A stretch of DNA of 64,000 bases, from contig JAWSUI010000014.1 in the NCBI GenBank assembly GCA_033551855.1, positions 1-64,000 on the forward strand. The letters are read 5' to 3'. Both the position numbers and the translations under genes were made by a program. The notes beneath the pieces are model-generated. The model was given only the letters and a program-made list of their open reading frames with translations. It made no database searches and was not told the origin of the DNA. Source of the stretch: Deferrisomatales bacterium. Lineage in GTDB: Bacteria > Desulfobacterota > Deferrisomatia > Deferrisomatales > JACRMM01. Numbering within the stretch: position 1 is the first letter of the stretch; every line of letters begins with the position of its first letter. Below, piece by piece: positions 1-7,738 of the stretch.

Positions 1-370
1 AACCCCAGGCGAGCACCGCCGTGAAGGCACCCTCCAGGCTCAGGAGCAGCGAGGCGGTCGCCGCCGGAAGCTCACGGAGCCCTGCCAGCAAGAGGATCGG
101 CGCGGCCACTCCGCCTGTCACGACGGCCCCGGCGAGCCACGGCAGGTCCCTCCGCCCCAGAGACGGCTCCCGAGGGACGCCCCGCCGGAGGCCTGCGGCC
201 GCAGCACGCCAGCCGAGGAGACCGACCCCGGCCCCGAGATACATGAGCCCCGCCAGGGTCACCGGGTCGATGCGCGCGAGCAGGAGCTTCGAAAAGGGGG
301 TGCTCGCACCGAAGAGGACCGCTGCGGTCAGCGGCAGCCAGACCGGCGAGGCCCGCCGCCGGTCACGCAG
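1..370 (-). CDS. EamA/DMT family transporter (partial, runs off window start)
   Basis: Own translation of the minus strand gives WLPLTAAVLFGASTPFSKLLL...PVTLAGLMYLGAG...GGVAAPILLLAGL...AATASLLLSLEGAFTAVLAW, a typical EamA pattern. Start uncertain: a CTG at 370 follows GGGGAGA. Confidence 0.8.
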   Translation of the reverse strand, partial: MRDRRRASPVWLPLTAAVLFGASTPFSKLLLARIDPVTLAGLMYLGAGVGLLGWRAAAAGLRRGVPREPSLGRRDLPWLAGAVVTGGVAAPILLLAGLRELPAATASLLLSLEGAFTAVLAWG

Positions 371-1541
371 GGGGGGTCTCCCCGCCCCGGCCGGGCCAAA
401 CCGGGAGGTCGACGAGGGTGTGGGTTCCTTCCCCGGCCACGACCCGGAGGTCGACGTCGCCGTGGACCTTCCGGGCGATCAGGGCGGCGATCGGCAGACC
501 AAACCCCGAGGCTCTCGGCTGGGAGGAATAGAAGGGCGCGAACAGGTGCTCCAGCTCCTCCACGGGCGGGGTGCGGCCGTTGTTGAAAAGATCCACGGTG
601 ACGAAGGGGGGCGGGCCTTCCTGCAGCCGTCCGGCCACCCGCACGATCGGCGGCGTGGCAGTCTTTGCCGCCTCGAGGGCGTTGCGGAGAAGCTGATAGA
701 AGAGGATCCCCAGGAGATCGGGATCCGAATCCAGGGGCCGATCGAAGACCCCTTCAGGCGGCACCTCCACTGCGGTGTCCCACCCTTCCTTCCGGAGCCG
801 CCCCAAGGCCGCCCCCAGGACCTCCCTCAGGGTGCAGGACACGACCCGCGCCTCCCGCTGCGCGGTCTCGATGTAGACCCCGACGTTGTCCACCATCGAC
901 TCGACCCGGCGGACCTCCTCGAGCATGACCTCGAGGACGGGCTGGATGGGATCACCGAGGGGCACCTTGCTCCGGATCTTCCGGGTGAAGCCCCCGAGCA
1001 CCGTGAGGGGGTTTCGGAGCTGGTGGGCGATCCCGTCGATCACCTCCCGCTCGCACCGCGTGGTGCCGGCGACGAACGCGTCGGTGGCAACCAGGAGGCA
1101 CTGGTCCAGCATGCTGTCCAGCACGCCCCGCACGCGGGAGCGCTCGTCGGGGGAAACGCGCCTCTCGACGATCTCGCCGAGGAACCGCCGAGCGGCACAG
1201 TACCCGAGGTGGATGAATCGCTGGTCCACGTTGCGGTCGAGGTGCCTCATCCCGCTGGTCCACAGGAAGCGGGAGAAACGCTCGCTGAAGCGTTCCGTGA
1301 AGAGACCTTCGTACCAGCAGCGCCAATTGCGATCGAGACCGCCGCGGGGTTCCATCAGCTCCACGATCCGGCGGGTCTCCGGGATGTCCAGGAGGAGGGC
1401 CTTGAGATACTGGGCAAATTCGTCCCGGTGCTCGAGAAAGGCCTCCCGGTAGGGCTCGAGGACGACGAGCTCGTCGGCCGCCAGGCCCAGTTTCTCCTGG
1501 AAGAAGGCCCACCGATCGAGGGGCGCCTCGGGGTGGCTCAC
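363..1541 (-). CDS. Globin-coupled (protoglobin-domain) sensor histidine kinase
   Basis: N-terminal ~160 aa is protoglobin-like (W..WYEGLF...FLWTSGMRH). H-box IAHQLRNPL, N-box LLRNALEA, F-box LFAPFYS, G2 ASGFGLPIA. Confidence 0.8.
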   Translation of the reverse strand: MSHPEAPLDRWAFFQEKLGLAADELVVLEPYREAFLEHRDEFAQYLKALLLDIPETRRIVELMEPRGGLDRNWRCWYEGLFTERFSERFSRFLWTSGMRHLDRNVDQRFIHLGYCAARRFLGEIVERRVSPDERSRVRGVLDSMLDQCLLVATDAFVAGTTRCEREVIDGIAHQLRNPLTVLGGFTRKIRSKVPLGDPIQPVLEVMLEEVRRVESMVDNVGVYIETAQREARVVSCTLREVLGAALGRLRKEGWDTAVEVPPEGVFDRPLDSDPDLLGILFYQLLRNALEAAKTATPPIVRVAGRLQEGPPPFVTVDLFNNGRTPPVEELEHLFAPFYSSQPRASGFGLPIAALIARKVHGDVDLRVVAGEGTHTLVDLPVWPGRGGETPPA

Positions 1542-1693
1542 GGTCCTCCCTCCTCCGCTGGGTGACAGGGGCGAGGACAGGATACCCCGACGGGCACGGT
1601 TCGACTACACGGCGCAAGGACCCCCATCCCCCTGTCCGCCCCCCTATCCGTCCGCCGGGCGCTCGGATGGCGAGTGCCCGGCATCCCTGCCCC

Positions 1694-3172
1694 TCACACC
1701 CACCGCGCCGTCACCGTCTTCTCGTCGAGGAACAGGCGCATGGAGGCCATGCGGCTCTTGGCGCTGCCGAGGAAGGAGGTCTTCTTCGACCCGAGGGGAA
1801 AGAACGCGTAGGGCTGGGGCACCGCCACGTTGATCCCGATGTTGCCGACCTGGGCCTCCCGTGTGAACTTGCGGGCGGTCTTCCCGCTCTCGGTGAAGAT
1901 GCAGGCCGAGTGGCCGAACTCGGTCCCGTTGATCCACCCCAGGGCTTCTTCGAGGCTCGTGGCCCGCATGAGCACGGCGACCGGGCCGAACGCCTCTTCC
2001 ACCGAGGTCTGCATGTCGGGGCGGCCGTCCTCGAGGATGGTGGGGGCGAGCCAGTAGCCCCCAGGATAGCCTTCCACCTGCGCTCCCCTGCCGTCCAGCA
2101 CCATCTTGGCCCCCTCGCCCAACGCCCGCTCGAGCCAGTCGAGGACCTTGTCGCGCCCCGCCGGGGTACACAGGGGCCCCTGTCCCACGGACTCGTCCAG
2201 GCCGTATCCGAGCTTCATCGTCTTGGCGGCGGCCACGAACTTCGCCTTCAGCTCGTCGTGGCGGTCGCCCACCACGATGACGTTGTCCGAGCCCAGGCAA
2301 CGCTGCCCGTTCATCCCGAAGCAGGAACGCAGCAGCCACACGGCAGCCTGGTTGAAGTCCGCGTCGGGCATGATGACCACGTTGTTCTTGCCGTTTCCGT
2401 TCAGGGACGAAGGCTTCCCGAGCTCGCCGCACTGACGGTGGAGGTCCCACCCGGCGGAGGTCGAGCCGATGAACCCCACCCCCTGGATCTCGGGCTGGCG
2501 CAGGATCTCGGAGTTGATCTGGCGCCCGCCGTGGATGAGGTTGATGACCCCCGCGGGGAAAACCTCGGCCGCCACGCGGCTGATGGCGTCGGCCGCCACG
2601 GGATCCTGGCGGCTCGGGCTCACCACCACGGTGCACCCCGCTGCGAGCGCGTAGGGCACGAAGGAGGACCACGCGTGCATGGGGATGTTGCCCGGGGTGA
2701 CGATAAGGAAGGGGCCCAGGGGCTCCCAGGTGAGCCACTGGTCGATGCCCGTGGCCAGCTGGTCGAGATGCTCGTTTTCCTTGACCAGCCCATAGGCGGC
2801 GGAACACGCGGACTCGACGTTCTCGATCACCCGCCGCACCGAGCCCCGGCTCTCCTCGATGGTGCGGCCGTGGTCCTGGGTGAGGATGCGCGAAAGCTCT
2901 TCCTCCTTCTCGTCGAGCCGGCCGCGCAGGTCGAAGAGGAGCTTGGCGCGGTCGCGCAGGCACACGTCCTTCCAGGACACGTAGGCGCGGTGTGCGGCCT
3001 CTACCGCGGCCCGGGCCTCTTCCCTGGTGGCCTCGGGGAACTGGGCGATCACCTCGCCCGTGGCCGGGTTGGTCGTCTCCTGGACCACGGTGGAGTCGGA
3101 CTCCACCCACTCACCGCCGATCAGGAGCTTCAGCTTGCCGTAGTGTTGCTTCACTTCAGGCAGAAGGGGCAT
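1694..3172 (-). CDS. Aldehyde dehydrogenase, methylmalonate-semialdehyde dehydrogenase-like (probably CoA-acylating)
   Basis: NPATGEVI, TPGNIP, FIGSTSAG, catalytic GQRC, EEAFGPV. The usual LELGGKN motif reads LNGNGKN. Confidence 0.9.
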   Translation of the reverse strand: MPLLPEVKQHYGKLKLLIGGEWVESDSTVVQETTNPATGEVIAQFPEATREEARAAVEAAHRAYVSWKDVCLRDRAKLLFDLRGRLDEKEEELSRILTQDHGRTIEESRGSVRRVIENVESACSAAYGLVKENEHLDQLATGIDQWLTWEPLGPFLIVTPGNIPMHAWSSFVPYALAAGCTVVVSPSRQDPVAADAISRVAAEVFPAGVINLIHGGRQINSEILRQPEIQGVGFIGSTSAGWDLHRQCGELGKPSSLNGNGKNNVVIMPDADFNQAAVWLLRSCFGMNGQRCLGSDNVIVVGDRHDELKAKFVAAAKTMKLGYGLDESVGQGPLCTPAGRDKVLDWLERALGEGAKMVLDGRGAQVEGYPGGYWLAPTILEDGRPDMQTSVEEAFGPVAVLMRATSLEEALGWINGTEFGHSACIFTESGKTARKFTREAQVGNIGINVAVPQPYAFFPLGSKKTSFLGSAKSRMASMRLFLDEKTVTARWV

Positions 3173-3283
3173 TGGTCGGTTCTCCGTTGTCAGTTGTCAG
3201 CTGTCCGTGGTCTGTTGGAGAAACGGGTCTGCGGAGGAGGGAAGGACGGCCTTTGTCCACGACGGACCATGGACCACGAACCC

Positions 3284-3862
3284 CTACCTCAGCCCATCTT
3301 CCTTCTTCGCTTCCGCCACGGTGAGCCCGCCGACCCGGGGCAGGGGGCGGCCGGAATCGGTAACGACCAGCGCCACCACGATCTCGTCATCCCGCGGGGC
3401 GTCCTGCACCCGCACCGGCATGGCGTCGAAGTGGGTGCGGACGAAGGCGGCGTCCTTGTAGTGGAGGGGCACGTCGAGCTCGGTACCGGGCACCCCCATC
3501 TTCTTCGAGGAGGGGATGATGGCCTTGCCGCCCCCCACCGCCTCCCGGAAGGGGGCGCCGAGCTTGGGGTGGAGGATCGCCGCCGCGTGCTCGAGCTCGC
3601 CCCCGACGCCCACGATGGCTCCCTTCCCGTAGCTCTCGGCCTGCTCGGGGCGGATGCCCAGGGCCTCGACCGCCCGCTTGCCGAGAAGCGAACCGAGCTC
3701 CTCCCCTGACTGGACCAGCATCGTCACGTCCTCGGCATAGCGGCCGGCAAGGGGGTTCGCGATGACGGCGAGCGCTGCCGCCCGGCGGGTGGGCGGGTTC
3801 ACGGCCCGCCCCGCCTCGGTGCGAGTCTCCTCCACGATGGTGACGAGCTTTCGGATCTGCAC
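3284..3862 (-). CDS. DUF1185 / amino-acid-synthesis family protein
   Basis: IRKLVTIVEE, AVIANPLAGRY, ESYGKGAIVG.GELEHAAA, VRTHFDAM.V.DAPR.DEIVVAL are characteristic motifs. Confidence 0.9.
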   Translation of the reverse strand: MQIRKLVTIVEETRTEAGRAVNPPTRRAAALAVIANPLAGRYAEDVTMLVQSGEELGSLLGKRAVEALGIRPEQAESYGKGAIVGVGGELEHAAAILHPKLGAPFREAVGGGKAIIPSSKKMGVPGTELDVPLHYKDAAFVRTHFDAMPVRVQDAPRDDEIVVALVVTDSGRPLPRVGGLTVAEAKKEDGLR

Positions 3863-3890
3863 GGTCTGTCCTCCTTCCGGTGCTTCATTG

Positions 3891-4070
3891 GGACGGGATC
3901 ACGGGATCTGCGGGAGGTTCTTTCCCACGCTCCTCCATCCTGTCCATCCTGTGATCCTGTCGAAGTCGGGTTTCGTTTTGGACGGGATGACAGGATGGAC
4001 AGAATGAGACGTGCCCCTCTTGGTTGTGGGAGGCTTCTCTCTCATCCGTTCCATCCCGTTATCCCGTCAA
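3891..4070. repeat. Four alternating-orientation arrays of an 8-9 bp ACAGGAT/ATCCTGT unit (REP/REPIN-like)
   Basis: GACGGGATCACGGGATCTGCGGGA (3892), CATCCTGTCCATCCTGTGATCCTGTC (3936), GACGGGATGACAGGATGGACAGAATG (3981), CATCCGTTCCATCCCGTTATCCCGTC (4043). Confidence 0.85.
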
Positions 4071-4972
4071 AATTTCCCGTCCGACACGGCCAGGCCCCCT
4101 TCCCCGGGCCAGCCGACAAAGCGCCAGCGGCCGCGCAGGGCCAGGACCGCGCCGCAGATCAGGCCTTCGTCCACCCGGGCTCGGGCCCAGGCGGCGCCCC
4201 GGTCGAGGGCGGCGTCTACCTCGGATTCGGAGAGAAAGCCCACCCGCCGGGTGACGAGTCGGCCGGAGAGGTCGGTCTCCGGGTCGAGGGTCTCGGCGGG
4301 CACCCGCTCCACGGCGGGGGAGTCCACGTGGACCGCGTTGGCCGCGAGCGTCGCGGCGGCGTCGGCAAGACCCGCCCGGCCGGCGAACACCGTGGCGGCG
4401 TCGGCGATCCCCAGGGTGAGGCTCCGGCCCCCGAAACCGCTGGTGGCGACCCCGCCGATGCCGTCCCCCGCACCCACCCGGACCCGGGCGATGGGGTCCG
4501 GGGCGTCCACCCTCGGCACCAGCCCCACCCAGGCGGATTCCCCGGGAGCCAGCCGCAGCGCCACGTCGCCGCCGTTGCTCACCGCGACCCAGGTGGCGCC
4601 TTGCTCGGCCAGGAAGTCGGCGACGGCGTCGGCCACAACCCCGGCCACGGCTATGAGCGGCGTGACGCCCTCCTCGGCGAACGGCCGGGGAGTTTCCACG
4701 AGGGCCCGGGTCACCGGGGGGAGCCCGTCGGAGTTGCGGATCCGGCGCAGGTCGACGCCCAGGAGCCGCTGGTGGCCCGCGAGCTCCTCGAGCGCCTGGA
4801 GCGCTCGGGCCCCGGCCCCCTCCAGACTCCCCGGAGGCATTTCCGCCGGGCCGCGCGCGGCGAGCACCAGGCTCACCGGGCCCCACTCTACCCGGAGCCT
4901 CCCTCTGCCCAGCCGCTCGAATCGGCGTTCCGGGGCGCGCTGCGCCGGCGACTCAAGGGCGGCGGCGGGCAA
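4067..4972 (-). CDS. ApbE-like / UPF0280 protein (putative FAD:protein FMN transferase)
   Basis: TPLIAVAGVVAD, VSNGGDVA, GVATSGFGGRSLTLGIADAATV, LADAAATLAAN. Confidence 0.85.
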   Translation of the reverse strand: MPAAALESPAQRAPERRFERLGRGRLRVEWGPVSLVLAARGPAEMPPGSLEGAGARALQALEELAGHQRLLGVDLRRIRNSDGLPPVTRALVETPRPFAEEGVTPLIAVAGVVADAVADFLAEQGATWVAVSNGGDVALRLAPGESAWVGLVPRVDAPDPIARVRVGAGDGIGGVATSGFGGRSLTLGIADAATVFAGRAGLADAAATLAANAVHVDSPAVERVPAETLDPETDLSGRLVTRRVGFLSESEVDAALDRGAAWARARVDEGLICGAVLALRGRWRFVGWPGEGGLAVSDGKF

Positions 4973-6467
4973 GGGCCTCCTCCAGGGGTCTTACGGCCTC
5001 CAGGTGGCCGCCCATGGCGTCGTAGTCCTCCCAGCGCATGGTGTACTCCACCGGGATCACCAGGGCGGGGGTCGGAACCCAGGTGAACGCCCCCCGGAGC
5101 ACCCGCTCCACGTCCACCATGAAGTTGATCCCCCCGCCGGGCAGGAGGAACGCGGGCGCCCCCCCCACGGTGAGCCGTGCCTTGCGGGCGTGCACCGCCC
5201 GGGTGAGGCGGATCGGGTGCCGGGTCACCCCCGCCCGGGCGCTCCCTCCGGTGCCTCCGCAGTAGAGCACCGAGACCCGGCTCTCCTGGCAGGTCTCGGC
5301 GATCGCCCCGACGGCGCGGCGGGCTGCCGCGGTCGGCTCTTCCGGGGCTAGGGTTCCGTCTGCCCCCACCCGGAAGTAAGCAGACGACTGGCCGGTGGTC
5401 TCGGTGATGAGGATGCGGGAGCCCGGCCGCACGTTCTCGAGGCCGTCCGGGGCGAAGACCTCCCGGGGGTCCTGGATGGACGTGCCGCCCCAGCCGCTGC
5501 CGTGGTCCCCGAAGTACCGGCCGGGGGTGCTCTTGCGAAAGCGCAGCCGGACGCCGGACGGGGTCGCGCCCAGATACCGGCCCGCCGCGTGCTCCGTGAG
5601 GAGGCCCGTCAGGTGGCTGTCGAGCACCACCACCTCGTCCGCCGCCTCGAGGAGCAGCGGCGCGAAGAGCCCCACCGTGGCGCTCCCGCACCCGACCCGC
5701 ATCACCCCGATGGGCGTGCCGTCCACCACGGGGGCGTGCCCGGCCTGCGCCTCCAGGCGGCTTCCCCCCTCCACTCGAAGCTTCACCCGCTCCCGGTTGG
5801 CGAGCGCGGTCATGACCCGGGCGGCCCGGAAGCCGTGGGGGCCCGTGAGGGTGTTCGCCCCGCCGAGGGAGAGGATCTTCGACCCATACTCCTCGGTGGT
5901 CACGTGGCCGATCTTTTCGCCCCCGGCGAGAACGGGAGACCCCTCCTCCCCCAGGTAGGCGTCGGTGTCGATCTTCACCTTGACGCTGCTGTAGGAAAGA
6001 GGCGTCTCGGTGACCACGGTCACCACGTCCACCCCGCGGCTCAACCCCCGGACGATCACGGGGGCGGGGCGGCAGTCGGGGTAGGTGGTGCCGGCGCCGA
6101 TTCCCGTTACCAGGGGCTCGCGCACGGCGGGCTCCCAGTCGGGCCCCACGACCTCGCGCACGTCCTCGAAGGACCGCAGCGGCGCGTTGCGCACCAGGGT
6201 GCCTCCCCGGTTGGCGTAGCGCTGGCAAGCCCCCGTTGCCCCCTCGGGGACCCGGCACGCCACCGGGCAGGACCCGCAGGTGACCCGGGGATCGTCGCCG
6301 GGGAGCTCTTCGGCCACCGCCCCCTCGGGGCACACCCGCAGGCACACCCGGCAGTCCACGCACTCCGGCGAGATTACCGCCACCCGGTCCACCAGGGCCA
6401 CGCACTCCAGGGGGCAGTTGGCGACGCACTTGCCGCAGGCGGTGCAGCGGTCGGGAAGAATCTTCAT
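4953..6467 (-). CDS. hnr: 6-hydroxynicotinate reductase (ferredoxin-domain Fe-S flavoprotein)
   Basis: Two CxxCxxCxxxCP motifs, CxxCPVxC...GACQRY, VTGIGAGTTYPD.RPAPVIV, MRVGCGSAT, PGGGINFMVDV. Adjacent to enamidase. Start moved to the ATG at 6467. Confidence 0.85.
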   Translation of the reverse strand: MKILPDRCTACGKCVANCPLECVALVDRVAVISPECVDCRVCLRVCPEGAVAEELPGDDPRVTCGSCPVACRVPEGATGACQRYANRGGTLVRNAPLRSFEDVREVVGPDWEPAVREPLVTGIGAGTTYPDCRPAPVIVRGLSRGVDVVTVVTETPLSYSSVKVKIDTDAYLGEEGSPVLAGGEKIGHVTTEEYGSKILSLGGANTLTGPHGFRAARVMTALANRERVKLRVEGGSRLEAQAGHAPVVDGTPIGVMRVGCGSATVGLFAPLLLEAADEVVVLDSHLTGLLTEHAAGRYLGATPSGVRLRFRKSTPGRYFGDHGSGWGGTSIQDPREVFAPDGLENVRPGSRILITETTGQSSAYFRVGADGTLAPEEPTAAARRAVGAIAETCQESRVSVLYCGGTGGSARAGVTRHPIRLTRAVHARKARLTVGGAPAFLLPGGGINFMVDVERVLRGAFTWVPTPALVIPVEYTMRWEDYDAMGGHLEAVRPLEEALARRRP

Positions 6468-6494
6468 GGAGGGCCTGTCGTCGGTTGGAGTCCG

Positions 6495-6565
6495 ATGGGA
6501 CCAGTGGGACCTATGGGACCCATGGGTGCCCACGTTTCACTCTCACGTGTCACGCCTCACGCGGT
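6495..6565. repeat. Intergenic short tandem repeats (9-mer x4 followed by 6-7-mer x5)
   Basis: ATGGGACCA GTGGGACCT ATGGGACCC ATGGGTGCC, then CACGTTT CACTCT CACGTGT CACGCCT CACGCGG. Confidence 0.85.
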
Positions 6566-6570
6566 ACCCG

Positions 6571-7737
6571 TCACCCCTTCGTCACCACAGCGACCCGCTT
6601 GGCCGGTGGGGTGTTGCGGCTCTTCTTGACGACGATCTCCCCGTCCACCATCACGATGCTCACCCCTGGGGTGTCGCCGGCCCGGTAGGCGGAGAGGAGG
6701 TCGCCCCCCACCGATCCCATGGGGGCGTCGCAGAAGACGAGATCCGCCGGGGCGCCGACGGCGATGCGGCCCTGGGGGAGCTTGTGGCAGCGCGCCGTGT
6801 TGCCGGTCGCCCAGGCGATGGCCATCCCCGGGTCCACATCAGCCAGGCTCGCCAGGTGGGCAATGACCCGCTGGATCCCCAGGGGGATGACCCCCGTGCC
6901 CGAGGGGGCGTCGTTCCCCAGGATCACCCGTTCCTGGGCTCCGGCGGCAACGGCCTCCCGGGCGGCGTGCACGGCCATCTTCGGATTGCCGCAGTGCACG
7001 ATCTCCACGTAGATCCGGCCGTCCCTCACGATGGCCGAGATCTCGCCGGCGCTCACCGCCGTGGGGCCCCCGTTGGTGTGGCAGGCCACGTCGGCCCCCG
7101 CCGCCAGGACCTCCTCGGCGGTCACCGTCGAAGAGCCCGGGATGGAGGTGCCCCCCATGTGCATGAGCACCGTCATCCCCTGGGCCTTCGCCCATGCCAC
7201 CATGGGGCGGGCGTCCCCAGGCGTCTTGATCCCCCCGAGGCCGATCTCCCCCACGGTGCGCACCCCGCCGCGGGCCAGTTCGGCGAAGTCGGCCTCGGTC
7301 AGTCCGGGCTCTAGGATGACGGCCCCCCCCACCACCTTCATTCCCCCCGGGCGAAACCCTGCGAAGGAGCGTGCGGCGAGGATGGCCAGGGCCTTGACCC
7401 CTGCGGGGTCCTTGGGGCGGCCGGGCAGGTGCACCTCGCCGGCGCTGATCGCCGTGGTCACGCCGCCGTGGACCTCGCTCTCGAGAAAACCCACCTGGTG
7501 CTGGCGGGGGGTGTAGTCCCCCAGCACCGGGTGCACGTGGGAGTCGAGGAGGCCGGGGGTCACCGCGCAGCCCCGGGCGTCGATCACCCGCTCCGCCGCC
7601 GAATGGGCGAGGTCGGCCCCCCGCCCCACGGCGGCGATCTTCCCCCTCTCGACGAGGAGCGCGTCGGCATCCAGGAGCGGCGCGCGCACGTCCCCCGAGA
7701 CCAGGCACCCCACGTTCACGATCTTGGTCAGCCCCAT
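6571..7737 (-). CDS. ena: Enamidase (metal-dependent amidohydrolase)
   Basis: PGLLDSHVHPVLGDYTPRQ, ISAGEVHLPGRP, HMGGTSIPGS, HTNGGPTA, GNDAPSGTGV. Start at ATG 7737. Confidence 0.88.
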   Translation of the reverse strand: MGLTKIVNVGCLVSGDVRAPLLDADALLVERGKIAAVGRGADLAHSAAERVIDARGCAVTPGLLDSHVHPVLGDYTPRQHQVGFLESEVHGGVTTAISAGEVHLPGRPKDPAGVKALAILAARSFAGFRPGGMKVVGGAVILEPGLTEADFAELARGGVRTVGEIGLGGIKTPGDARPMVAWAKAQGMTVLMHMGGTSIPGSSTVTAEEVLAAGADVACHTNGGPTAVSAGEISAIVRDGRIYVEIVHCGNPKMAVHAAREAVAAGAQERVILGNDAPSGTGVIPLGIQRVIAHLASLADVDPGMAIAWATGNTARCHKLPQGRIAVGAPADLVFCDAPMGSVGGDLLSAYRAGDTPGVSIVMVDGEIVVKKSRNTPPAKRVAVVTKG

Positions 7738-7738
7738 G

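Noticed and set aside
3891..6565. Short repeat arrays as CRISPR
   Set aside because: Units are 7-9 bp with no unique spacers and no cas genes.
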